This document shows, in pieces, positions 24,101-36,920 of a DNA stretch of 64,000 nucleotides (positions within the stretch are counted from its first letter, which is position 1; each line of letters starts with the position of its first letter). Source of the DNA: Azolla caroliniana (Eukaryota > Plantae > Polypodiophyta); NCBI GenBank assembly GCA_043228905.1, contig JBHGNT010000007.1, positions 4,402,001 to 4,466,000 of the forward strand, given 5' to 3'. The notes under the pieces are model-generated. The model did not search any database. It was not told the DNA's origin and saw only the letters and a program-made list of their open reading frames with translations. The position numbers and the translations under genes were made by a program.

Positions 24101-24525
24101 ACTCTGAAATACATTTTTAACACATAATTTGTGGCATATAGGTTTTGGAGCTAGAAGGAATGGCTTCTGGTCCTTCTCTTTTGGAATCATTAAACGAAAC
24201 AAATCCTGGAGCTGTAGATAGCATCAAGCAAGTATTCAATGCAACCGCACAGTTTGTTTCTTTACCAGGTCAGACTTCATCATTCGACACACCTTCTGGA
24301 TCAGCATCAATGACTGCTGAAGTAACCGATCTAGGAATAGTTGGTCGAGGAGTGAAGAGATCTACTCCTACTACATCTGTGGCAAGTGCTATAAATGGGC
24401 AAGGAAATAAAGAAAATGCTCCTAAGAAGCGCTCTCTTGATGATATGCTAACAAAAGGAGCGTCAGGTGAGACCCAAATAGGATTTGGTTGTGATGGTAA
24501 TAATACATCCAAAGAGGGGTCATAA
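21185..24525 (+). CDS. NASP: NASP-related histone H3/H4 chaperone (SHNi-TPR), ~494 aa, 6 exons
   Basis: Exons 21185-21561, 22310-22458, 22876-23052, 23381-23471, 23644-23950 and 24142-24525 (1485 nt) are in frame. Motifs: AADLFSRCLEIR|ALHYGELAIECASTYYKYGCALLYKAQSESDPLG, ESDLDMAWKMLDIAR, ALADVSLERE|DF...DYMKAL, HRGIAEI|YFKL, C-terminal VTDLGIVGRGVKR, and an acidic N-terminus. Confidence 0.93.
23472..23643 (+). other. U12-type (minor spliceosome) GT-AG intron in NASP
   Basis: The 5' splice site is GTATCCTTA. The branch-point-like TTGCCTTGAC at 23621-23630 lies ~13 nt upstream of the TAG acceptor, with no long polypyrimidine tract. Splicing here restores the frame. Confidence 0.85.
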
Positions 24526-27500
24526 AGCAAAGATTACATAAATGAGTAGCATGCTAACTGACCATTAGGCAACATCTTGGTTTTATTTTCGTTCCTCTAT
24601 ACAGTTATTCTGTGATGCGAGGAACTCCTTGTACTAATGTATAGATAAATTAATGGTATCTTGATGCTTATCACTCATGGATGGTGCATACACTTGGTTC
24701 GTTTCCATACATACATACATACATACATATATATATAGATATATATATATAGATAGATAGATGCATGTCTGTCTAATCTTAACTTTTGACTAGAATGTTT
24801 GCAGAAATACATTTAGAATTTAGGTTCTAATAGGTGGCCTATGTATGTGCTGTTGAATGCATTATACTATACTATTTCCTGAAGTCAGAAAATAGATTGG
24901 ATGTGGAGCTCAAGCATATAGGCTTATATAATTATGCTCATGTGGGCATGACGGCAATAGTTTGGTGATTCTACTTCAAGGAGAGGAATAGGGACACTAT
25001 TGAGTTTGTTTGACTGTTCATGTCATTGTGAGGAGTTAGTCAGCTTCTTTATGCTCATGTCATTTTGTTCGGGTACAATGCTTTCTTTAAGACACAATTA
25101 TACTGCTTCATGCTTATAGGGTGTTTAGGGAACATTTTGACAATTCTATGTTAAGGAGAGAATTAGGGGCATTAAATGAGAGTTTGATTGTGCAAAGCAT
25201 TTTGTGTTCCATTAGGCAGCTGCTTTCATGCTCATGCCATCATTCGCAATTTCTTTGTTGGGGTACGATGCTTTGGTTAAAACTTAGATATACCACTATG
25301 CTCATGTCTAAGCGTATTTTGGAGCCAAGTTGGCAAATTTATAGATGAGGAATATCATTGAGATGGTAATGCAACCTCAAATATTTGGAAGAGTTGATGC
25401 CCACTCTTATATGTTTTGTTATGAGCTAAGGTCTATATTACAAGTTTTAATTATCAAGTAAATAGAGTTGGTCCACAGCCTTGGAAGTGACTCACCCTTC
25501 AATTGACTGCAGCTTCCATGGACTTGTTGAGGAAAAGTTGAGGAAAAGGTGGAAATTCCTCAAATTCTGATTTTATTCTCACCTTTTCTTCGACTTCATT
25601 GCAAGATTGCACCCACCATCTTGATGACTTGATGTGCATAATGGCTCAAGTCACTACTATAGACTGCATGGTTTTGTAAAAATCATTGTTCTATTTGGGT
25701 AGTACTATTGTTAGAAATAGGTCATAGGGAGAGAGTATAGTATAATGGCGGGTGATGACATCACCACCACAATTGAGGGGGATTATGTGGATCAAATAGG
25801 AGGTGGTTATGCCTTGTTAGCCAAGTGGTGATTATGACATGTGTCAACTGTATTGTCATCCTGAAGAAGTCAATGCAGTGGAGTGAGCCATACCAATGTC
25901 ATCACCATTGATCACGTTGAAGCACAGCACTAGCTAGAAATGCAAATGAATCTAGTGTAAAAAAGCAAAAGATCAAATGTATATAGGTATAAAAATAAAA
26001 GCAATCATTTAATACCCATATTTTGTCACGTGTGTGATGCTTGCATTTTTTGACAAATCCATTCCCCTATTCATTTTGCTCTAAAAAATCCGACACATAT
26101 TTGCTGTTGAAACTCACTTGAATACATATGTACCTTGTTTCCTTCTTTCTAACTAACAATCAGATGATATCTCACATATATCATGATTTCTACCACAATC
26201 TATCTTGTGAGATTTTATTAGAATATTGCAATATTTTATGCCTTTGTCTTATCAACATATGATGGCATAATCATTTGCATTCATATACCTTGCTCTAGTC
26301 AATATTATTTTGATTGGTTCTATTGTGTCTAATGTAGGAGAAGCGAAAAGTTGTCTTGAAGAAATCCTCACACATGCAAGATGATATACATGTGAAACGT
26401 GTCCAACCAAATTTTCTCTTCACTTGCCATGTCTTGAAGATGGAAAATGAATGTAAAATGTTGCTTCCCATAGCCTTTGCATGTTGATTACTTTTATGAA
26501 CATTGTTGTAGCCTATGAACATTCTCAATTCAAGAAAAGCATAGTATTTTCGCAATGTGGTGGAGTAGCCAACTACTACTACTTTAGTATGCGAAAACTG
26601 AAGTATAGAATGGATTTAATTGCAAGGTCATAAATTTAAAATTTTGATTTCTGAAGTATTTTCAGGATGGATCATAACCAAGATTTCACATAAGCTACAT
26701 GTCTCATTCAATATAGGGCAGACTGACACTCTTATCAAGCATTACAAAATTTGATTGAATTGATGGGTTTTGAGGTGCTAACTTTGATGTTACAATTCAA
26801 AAATGGAACTTCATTGTTTTCAAGTTCTTAGTTTGGATGGCTTGAATGCAAGCAATACTCACTCATGAGATAATAAGAGTGCATTTTGTTCAACTAGAAA
26901 AATATGTCAATGCCCATCCATACAATTATGTCAATTCAAAATGGCATTTCAATTTCTTTGACCATAAAAACTTGGACACCAAGTATTTAAATTGTCCCTA
27001 AATTTTCAATCATCAAATGTTATTACAATAGCATTGCAATGTCAATTGGTTTGGTTATTTACCATAATATTTATGTAGGAGTATCTAGTAAATTTTGAAT
27101 CCTTTCATGTATTCTAGCAAATTTCCAAATTATTCATAGGGGTAGTTAGGTAATTTCACCTATTATTTATCACTACTACATGACCTCTTGATTTCATTTA
27201 GTGCATTACTTTATGTTATCTACTGAAAAGGTTCCCATTTGAGTAAATAACCAACTAGTATATGGCATGACTTCTTAATTCTAGGTGAACCATTAGGACC
27301 TGTTTTCTTAGTGGACATTGCTTTCACTAGTAACCTCGTGGATAATTCCTTCGTCCTAGGGGACAATTGCCTTGCCTTGAATATTTAGAAACTCCAATGC
27401 ATAGCATGGCAAATTGGATCCCCTTCCCACCCATTGGCCTCTTTATTCTAGGTCAACCATTCACATCTTATCTTCAACATTGATATTTACCTTGGACCAA

Positions 27501-29094
27501 CAACAACCACATGCTTTTACACGATATAAGGTGTTTGCTTGGCTTGTCCCCATTAATTCATGTTCATTGTCAGTTGATCATCAATTTTAAGCGTTGAAGA
27601 TTGCAATCTTGATCGTAAATGTGGACTAGTTTTATGGCACCAACTTGAGCGTGCAAACTTCATAAGAGAACAATTTGGTCATGTGTTGATGCCAAAAGGG
27701 TGACTACGCATACAAGCTCATTTGCATGCAAACACAAGCATATCCTCATTTTCTACAAGAGGACCCCCACCATACACCTAATGATTCAAATACAGTATCT
27801 TGGATCCATGGGCATCATCCGTAACCAATTAGGATATCCCCTTTGGGGTCTTAAATAAGATCACTCAAGAATGATTCATTCACATGAATATTGAGTTATT
27901 AAATGCCATATTTTTGTAGAGTTACTGAATGCGAAAGATAAATCTTTACAATGTGAAATATATTAATGCAAAACCTGATTATCTAAAGGATTTTCATGAA
28001 TTTAAGAACTAATAATTTAATCAAAGAAGACTTTATGCAAAGAGGTGAAGTATTAGCCCTATCAACATTTTTCGCAATGGACTAATAGGTGTGGGTAACA
28101 AGTCAAATAACAATATTCATATATTCAATGGTTATACATGGAAACGATGTTTTGTCAATAAATATCACTCAACATGACCCTTGTAGACACAAGTTCCTAG
28201 TAGAACTCTCAATGTTTTCAAAGAAAGAAGCTAAGATATGTATATCTTTAGTCTCCCTAGGTAGAAACTATTAATAATTATGAAACAAAGTAATAAAAGT
28301 CCGTGAAACATCTCTTTTTCAAGACAATCCTAGATTCGAATTGTTTAAAGATTGTATACTCCTATATACATGGGGTGGTTTATGGATTAAAAAAGAGTTG
28401 AAACAGAGCAAAGAAAGTGAAAAGTGAAAAGAGATAAAGATGGTTGTGTCAACTATTTGGAGAGGAAAAAAAGGTGAAAGGTGAAAATGAGAGACGAGAA
28501 AGGTGTCAATATTTTGGAGATTATGCGTTTGCATTTAATTCAAAGGAAGCAATATAAATTGTAACAAATATGTCTATAGTGTCTCCAAGGATAATTGTCA
28601 TCAATGAGGCAGGAGGGGGTGAGGGAACAAACACACGTGATTGGGATTTGGATCCAAGACATGTTCATAGTTTCATAACTTGCCACAGAGGTAATTTGAT
28701 TCTCAATTTTGATTATAAGATGGAACAAACAACCCAAGGACTAGAAAAAGATAAGTATGCTCATCTCAATCGAAATCTTTGAAAAAGCTCATCACTAAAC
28801 ATTGTGCCAAAAGACATATTTTGAAGAGGTTAACCAAAATAGCTCTACTACAAAAATATTTACGAGTTTTCTTTTATCAATCTAAAGCTTAACCAAAGCA
28901 TCGCTAAACCTTCTACAACCACCACTTTCCAAATAATGGACTTATATAGAAATATGAATGTAAGATCTTCCACCATCAATTATTTGACTTAGATGGTAAT
29001 CACCCATCAATCACTTAATAGAGCAATGGTACAAGATATTAGTACACACGTGACACTCTCATTCGCGCGCACCCTCTCTCTCTCTCTCTCTCTC

Positions 29095-29195
29095 TATCAT
29101 AATTAGCTCACCTAGTAGTAAGTTGTTAGATTATTTACACTACATTTTAGTGTAAACCTTACCAACTAAGCTACATACATCTAGGCTCTCTCTCT
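29095..29195. mobile_element. Internally deleted copy of the twin tRNA-head repeat within (CT)n
   Basis: The left end TATCATAATTAGCTCACCTAGTAGTAAGTTGTTA is joined to the right end AACCTTACCAACTAAGCTACATACATCTAGGCTCTCTC. These are the same ends as the 4520-5312 cluster. Confidence 0.6.
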
Positions 29196-32100
29196 AGTGA
29201 CACTAGCAAAGTTCACTTAGAAAGAGTTTGAAAATGTTAAAGCACTTTCTTATCAAGTTTCTTCAAATCAAGAAACGAACACCATACACACTCCTACTTC
29301 TTGAGATGGTATCAAAAAGGGTTGTCAAATACATGCTTAAGGTTCAAAAAAGCCCTTCACATCAACTTCCTAGAATCATGTGGGAAGCAAGCAAAAATAT
29401 CCAAAAGACACATAAAAGCAAAACTTTTGTGTTCTAGTTGTATGCAAGATGTGAAAAATGGTTTGAAAGATGGGATGCAACACACTTGCATCATGGTGCA
29501 TCAATAGATTCCTCAATGAATGAGGCATTTTTGCGATGCTAATGAATCACGACATTGGAAAAATACTACATACGTTCCAACTAACTATAAAACTATATTC
29601 TTCACTAAAGGGGAAAATTGCACACATCAATACATGTCAGACTCTATCTCGTTGTCTATCATCTCTTTCACATATATTACATGCTAATGCTATATTTTTG
29701 TCTCATAAGTCATATTCGACCTCAAAGATGATAATAAGATCTCTCTCTCTCAAAACTAGACAACGCCCATCAGATTTTCCTTTTATTTCCACGAATGCAT
29801 TTTCTTTATTTCCCAAAAATTCAAATGTTATTGGTTGATGCCACTAAAGAGAGAAGTAAAAAGTTAAGTTATAACTCACCATACACACTTATTGAGCTAC
29901 CACACCTTAAGGGCATTGATCTAGGACATCTAGGGAAACAACAAAAAATCAAGGTCATTTGGTGAAGTGATGAAGTGGAGGGTATTTTGAAGAAGTTGAA
30001 ATTGATGAGCCAATAACTGGCTAGTTCTCCCAATGGCTAGCCAGAGTGTAGGGCATCACAATCTTTTAAATAAGAATTTCTTTACGCATATAGACACATC
30101 CACCTAAAGAATACCACAAACTATGAGTACAACGATCAAAACATGGATTTGGAAATGTGATAGAACCCATCCCATGTATATGTATATGTTCCCATTGATC
30201 ATATTCAATTGTTTACAATAGTTTTTTTGTCTCTCTTTAGTGGATTTATAACATTAATTCCAATGGGCATTGATTGGTTGAAAATACGAGGAACAACAAC
30301 AAGTGTTATTCTTTTGGTTAAATTTTTCTATACTTTTTCACACCACATCAGATCAATTCAAGAGTGACTTATTATCTAGTGAAGGTATATATGTATAATG
30401 TACATATATAATGATGGCACATTGACCATAGTAAATTGGTTAGCATGTTTTCACACCACATCTTCTTATTCATTAGGAGTATTTCAAATCACATTTAAGT
30501 AGTTGGGCCATGATTTGTTTTTTTGGGGGGATGAGGCCCGAGGGTGAGGGGGATTGCATTCTTTCATTTGATAAAAAATTCAAGGTTAAGTTAACTTTCA
30601 AATTCTTTAGCGATTGTGATTGAAAGAAATAATGCTTTTGAAGGATCCCATCACTTGAACTTGGCATGATATGACCTTGCAAATACTTATTGCTAAGATG
30701 AAAGTCCTATCGTAGACTATTGGGCTTGGGATTCCCCCCTTCATACGCATTCGAAAGGGAAAACCCAATAAAAGGAGATGAGTATGTTCCAAAAGTTTCA
30801 TCACACGGCGTGAGAAAACTTTATGCACATCGAGGAATGCACCAAGATATAAAGCCTCAGTCTTTCATTTGCATTGCAACCACCATGTTACATCCCTTAC
30901 CCTCATGTTCATGTATTAAATTTATGCGTATGTGATGCAAGTTAGCTCTCACGACATCAATGAAGTAGCTTATATGGCAATGTCCTTGCCATGTTAATTT
31001 GGTCTAATGTGTGGACACGATCAATCAGGAGAAATGAGCCTTCGTAGCTACAAAGAAAATCGAAAGAGCAAAGGGCTCTCTATCATTATTGCACCCTCAA
31101 CATTCAAACTCAAAGTTCATATTTCAGAACTCCAAACAAAATGCTCACATCACATCGTAATGAAGGTCCTCAAGAACTTGGCCCTCGGCACAACATGAAT
31201 TTATAAATTCTTACAAACCACACAGTAAATGATCATCTCACCAAAAGACTATTGAAATGATTGAATTTCGTTATCGGAAATTTGTACAAACTTGCAAAGC
31301 TCTATAAAAGTTGGCATTAATTTCCTATTATTTTGTAGATATTGTAGAAATGAAAGTCAATCAAGGCCCCTAGCAATTTCTTGAACTCGAATTTTTTTGA
31401 CACAATTAAAGATGAAGTTATAAAGATTTCTCATCTCGTCCATCTTATATTGACTTGATGTGCTTAGTCGTAGTAATGAGACATAACTTACATACACACT
31501 TGAATAGGAGTTACAAATACATTGGTCTACTCTCTCTTTCTCCCTCTCTCTCTCTCAATGTACGCTTTTAAGTTGTGATAACATCAATGCCACTAAATTT
31601 ATATGTATGCAGTCCATGTGGAACCCACCAACTTTTCACCTGACATTCATTCACCCTCTTTTATTTTTCACTCAAATCTCTTAAAGACAAGCCCTTGCTA
31701 CACTGTGGTGTCCTAAAGCCTTCATTAAATACTTGGATTGACTCTCAATAAGTGTTGTGGTGATCATTAATATAGTTTACTTAAAAGCTTTAAACAAACT
31801 TCCTAATCTTATAGGCTATAACATGTTGCTTGTGTTGTTTTTTGTTGTGATTGGTTAGAAGTTCTAACCACCCAATAGGACCCAATTATAAAGTATGTGT
31901 CTATTTGACCCAACCTTACAATCGCCAAAGATTCTATAATGTCTCTTAAGCCTCATTCATGTGCACTTAAGATTCTATCATGTACAATCTCTCACGCTTG
32001 ATCTATACCTATCCCAAGTGTTCCCAACAATTAGCTCCACACATAATATTCTACATCCAATTCCTCTTACTAAAGTTTCTCCAACATTTAAACATGTGTC

Positions 32101-32728
32101 AATTAACTTGCCAAAGGTTCTATTGTGCAAGTCTAGTATGCCCAATCCACAAATGCACCAATTATTATTCTAAATGCATTCAAACCGAACTAAGATATAG
32201 ATAGAAGTGCATGTGTTTGAATATTTAACATTGCATAGCTATTCTATCCTATGTCATACACTTGATCACATGTCCCAATTGAAGAACTATCACAATTTGA
32301 GTAACAAAACATTTGTAAGTATCCCCAATCGGCCCAATTCACATGAACCAAAGGTTCTATGGAGCAGGTCACTCGAGTATCAATCAAATCGTTGGTGTCA
32401 CGAGTGCCTAATAGAGTTAATGCTACGACAACCACCGGCAATTTGAGAAACTTTAGAAAAGTGAATGTTTTACAATGTCGCCTCTTCGTATTGTGCTACC
32501 ATTTTTTTTCACTTTTTGAGATAATTCATGCTCGGACATTCAATGGTGACACAAGATATGTTAGAAAAGTGGGTTTCTTAGTTTACATAGCCTCCTTTGC
32601 TTTGTTGTCTTCCATTTTTCAATTCACTTCCACTGTTTTGGTTGTAAAGAGAGAACGAAGAAGCAAAGAGGGCAAAAAAAGACTAACATATGTTTGTGAA
32701 CCTTAACTAAAGTTTTTCTTCCATCAAT

Positions 32729-35700
32729 CTACCTAAAGAACTCCGAATTGGCGGAGGAAGGTTTGCCCATCTCTTGGTAAGACATATTTCCGACATTGCC
32801 CATGCTTTTCCTTCTCCCTCTCGTAAAGAGAGGTTCTCCTTTAGATGGGTGATCACCATAGTAGAGAGAGGACCCATCGACGAAATCATCTTGTGAACAA
32901 CCTCCTCCGATCGATGACTTTTGGACTTGCAATGCATACTGAAGATTCCAAACCACGTCTTCCATGGATGGTCTTCCCATGGGCTCCTCGCATAAACACT
33001 TTATCGTTATGTCCATCACCGTCTCCAATGATTCCATCGTGCATGTACCCAAAATCCTCGGATCTATGCACTCCAATCTCGACCCTTGTTCTCCCAACAG
33101 AGATTCCTGCTCGTTAAAAAGGATCCAACCACGTGCACACACCAAAAACAAAACAAAGAAAAGCAAGAAATTTATACCTCCATAGCACACACAAAAAGAA
33201 AAGAAAAACATGCTTGTAAACTTAGGACAAAAAGAGAGTAATTTGTATATGTGAGCATTATATGCATAGTTTTAGTTACCAGTTCCTTGGGTCCGTGAGG
33301 CCCCATGGAGGGCATTTTACCCATCAAAACCTCCAGTAATATAAGGCCAAAGTTGTACACATCACTTTTATCTTCACTCTCTTTCCTGAAAGAAAAGTTA
33401 AAAGGAAATGGGCCCCAGATTGATATTTTTATAATGCATTTAAAGCCCAAAAAGAAGGACCCATCTTCCAAATCACACAAACCTATTCTTCTTCTCCACT
33501 TGAGACAACCCTTTAGAAGCTTGAGATTTTCCCTGGAAGTAATTGTATCAGAACATATACCTCGTTACTTCTTGGGTTAGCCAATCATGGAATCCAACTT
33601 CAATTAAAACACCAAATATAATCATGATAACTTACTTCAATTTGGCCCTTGCCATATTGAATAGAGAGCCCAAAGTCACTCAGCTTAGGAACCAGATTTT
33701 GATCCAAGAGAACATTGGTCGTTGAGATATTGTTGTCGAAGATACCGGGGACTAAGCCAAAGTGAAGGAAGTGAATGCCTTTGGCTGTTCCAATGATAAT
33801 CACAAGACGGTGGAGCCACCCAAATCCTTCCAATCCTTTACCTGATTTCATTTCACCATCAAAAAGATAAAGGTTGGACCTTCCAACATGGAACTAGTTA
33901 ATCAAGACATGCATTCTTACTTTGTTAGAGTAGGGGCATGGCTAGCAAAATAACATTAACAAATGTGCATCATAGAGTAGGGGCATACCGGAAAGCCCCG
34001 TCCGTAATGTCCTACTGCTCACATACTCGTAGACCAAGCACATTTGGATTCCTTGGCTCGGCCCATCACCTTCTTCCACCATGTTGTAACCAAGCAGTGT
34101 AACAAGATGTTTATGCCGAAACTTGCCAACATGCTCGACGCGCATCTTTAACATCTTTGCTCGGGACTCTGGCTCCTTCTTCAGTCTCTTGATAGCAACC
34201 AAAGTACCATCATCCAACTGCCCTTTGTAAACCTAATTCCAAGAAGACAGGTTTGAAACTTGAGCAAATGCAAGGGAGCTGTTGTAACTTTGCTTTTGAT
34301 AGTGCACAACAAGGTTCTCTAGTTTGGATAAGAATGTTGATTGGATTATGATCCATTGTAAGAAATTATGGCAATTGGCAATTGAAACTTCATACCTTCC
34401 CATGGCTACCTTCACCAATAAGAGTGGAATCATGGAAGTAATCAGTTGCCTTGTAAAGCTCATCCATGGAGAAGACTCGGAATTGAGGAAAACCCATGCC
34501 TCCGAGCTTCATGTTCCGAGAAATGTACCCTATAATCACCACCCACATACATATAATAAGCACATTTACACACATTTCTGCAGTAATCACAGTGCAAAAG
34601 CATTGTTTTTTCTTCCAACCGCAGATTTTAGACCATTCCCACTTATTCTCATTATCACTTATATAATCTATACATACATACACAAGACAAAGCTTGACCT
34701 TGCAATACCATTCGGTATAGGTGGACTCGAATGTCTCGAGCAATGGAGATTTGATGCTTATGCTCTTTACAAAAGAAATCACATACAACAGTTTTAGTTT
34801 TGAGAGATCATGTTCACTAACTAATGAACAAGTTGCTTTGCTAATTGTTTTACAGCAATCCGATTAGCTGAAATTTCTTTTTGAACATATACACAGTGGA
34901 AGATGACATCGAACTATTATTTTAACAGGAAATGGTATAAAAAGACACATTGAGCATAATGGCCACATATACACCAAAAAACATACCAAAAACTTTCATA
35001 CCCCATCCAAAAAGAAAGAAAGGAAAGAAAAGAAAAGAATGCAGAAGGCTTACTTGCACTAGACAAAATCTCTGAGGAGATAGCCACCGATTTTTGGCCC
35101 ATACAGGGCCGATTACTGCCACCACCGCCTCCGACAATTGGTTTAAGAATCTCTGTGTGGGGCTGGTGCTTGCGCTGGCACCGGCGCCACATAACAAATA
35201 ACCCTATCAGTATGAAAACAAAGATCAACATCAAGGCGATCGCGCCTCCGATCAAGCCCATGAGAACCATCCGTGACTTCACATGTTTCGCATGCAGTGG
35301 CGATGGATAGGCACCCAAATCTGGGCCCAATCCAGATGCTAATGCAGCATCGGCACAGTGTGAGAATGGATTCTGGGGCTGCAAATCTGTTGAGAAGCAA
35401 TTCCACTGGAAATTGACCTGAACCGCTGGCTGCGCCGCGTGGAGAATGGAGAGGCTCTGGATCGCACTGGGTAAGGCACCGGTGAATAGGTTGAAGGAGA
35501 GATCCAGAGAGGTTAGAGTGGGGGAGAATGTAAGATTGCTGGGCAAGACACCTGTGAACTGGTTCTTAGCCACATTTAGGGAAGTGAGGTTAGGCAAGGA
35601 GAAGAGAGAAGGAGGAGGGAGAGAAGAGAAGAGATTTGAGGACAAATCAAGCTCTTGCAGGTGAGTCAGAACAGAGACAGAGTTAGGGATGGCTCCATAC

Positions 35701-36380
35701 ATCTTGTTGTTAGCTAGGGTTAGGACAGAAAGACTTCCTAAAGAGCTCAACTTCTGAGGAAGAGTCCCATTGAGCATGTTACCATCAAGACACAGCACTC
35801 TTAAGCTCTGTAGGGATGTGAGCCTATTAGGTAGAACCCCTTGGAAAAAGTTCGACGTTAGGTTTAGGGTTTCTAAGTAGGTTAATCGACCTAGTTTGCT
35901 CGATAATGGCCCCCATAGCCCTAATGCAGAGAGATGTAGGGTCTTCATCTTTGTGAAATTTGTTAAGTGAAGGAACAAGGACTCGGAAGAGAAGTCTTGC
36001 GATAATGGGCTGCTGCCATTAGCACCCTCATTGAAGCTCGATCCTCTGTCTCCTATAATCTCTAAGTGCGTCAAAAAGACGGTGTTGTCTTCTTCATAAT
36101 CACAAGATAGCGTGAGCGTTGGAGAGGAAGGAAGGTTGCAGAAATCCGTTTGCTCGGTCCATGATGATAGAGCTATGGGATACTCAAGCATTTCTTTGAG
36201 CTCGAACAGAGCTTTCTGCTCTGAGGCTGATAGAGAAGTAGAAGAAGAAGAAGCTGATGATGATGATGATGATGAAGAGGAAAGCAAGAGAGACAGAGTG
36301 AAGAGCAGAACTAGAGGAGAAGAGGAAGAAGAAGAAATGGGGAAGAAGATCGCCATAGCCATAGCCATAGCCATAGCCAT
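32729..36380 (-). CDS. Leucine-rich repeat receptor-like kinase, LRR-VI-type probable inactive kinase, ~814 aa, 7 exons
   Basis: Exons 36380-35054, 34529-34396, 34232-33989, 33841-33636, 33532-33483, 33385-33280 and 33106-32729 (2445 nt) are in frame. The protein has a signal peptide, LEYP.ALSSW..TDFC N-cap, LGLWGPL, LxxLxLxxN LRRs, a TM helix (VLMGLIGGAIALMLIFVFILIGLFV), FRVFSMDEL..ATDYF, GEGSHGKVYKG, VAIK and DFGL. The catalytic loop is GIFDNNISTTNVLLD, with no HRD. Confidence 0.9.
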
Positions 36381-36419
36381 GTAATGGATGGATTGATTCC
36401 TAAGAGTGAATGAATTGGG

Positions 36420-36460
36420 TTCTTTTCTTCTTCTTCTTCTTCTTCTTCTTCTTCTTCTTC
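36420..36460. repeat. (CTT)n microsatellite in the LRR-RLK 5' leader
   Basis: Direct reading. It accounts for the spurious poly-Arg N-terminal extension of ORF 34917..36536. Confidence 0.9.
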
Positions 36461-36759
36461 TGTATTTTTTTCTCTTCTCTTTTCTATGTTTCTTTTCTTT
36501 TCTAGAAATGGTGAAAAAACTCTTTTGATGGGACAAAACTCAGATTTGAACCCACAACCTCTCCCATCTTTTGTTGTGCTTTAATTCATATAACACATAT
36601 ACATATGTAAATAAATCTATTTTGTTTCCTTCGACAGCTTTCACACCATCACTATAGTTAAGTGTATACCATTGATCCATCCATCGATCCATCCCGAAGC
36701 TTCAGCTCGGGTAGAGACTCAAGAGTTCCTAGTGTCTGAGTGACACCCCTTGTCCTTCG

Positions 36760-36920
36760 TTTCTTCCTTTCCCTCGGGGGACTTCAGTTATGGTTCACTT
36801 GTCTTGTCCGAGCCCTCTCGGTCATCCTTCAATACACCTACCTCTTGTCCTTAGTTTCTTCCTTCCCCTTGAGTTATGGTTCGCTTGTCTTGTCTGAACC
36901 CTCTCGATCGTCCTTCAATC
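36760..36920. repeat. Diverged ~95-bp tandem duplication
   Basis: AGTTATGGTTC(A/G)CTTGTCTTGTC(C/T)GA(G/A)CCCTCTCG(G/A)TC(A/G)TCCTTCAAT occurs at ~36786 and ~36872. Confidence 0.75.

Noticed and set aside
25400-32500. Possible gene(s) in the NASP to LRR-RLK interval
   Set aside because: Only short ORFs and faint retroelement-like words (e.g. LMPKG/YLG near 27690-27810) were seen. They are too eroded to call.
33561-33597. Apparent AG/GT-bounded extra (poison) micro-exon in LRR-RLK intron 4
   Set aside because: The host intron is only 103 nt, so the flanking sub-introns would be under 40 nt, too short to splice.
36381-36536. Arg/Lys-rich N-terminal extension of ORF 34917..36536
   Set aside because: It starts at a non-ATG codon and translates an (AAG)n microsatellite. 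The real start is most likely the ATG at 36380 (or a neighbouring in-frame ATG) before the signal peptide.
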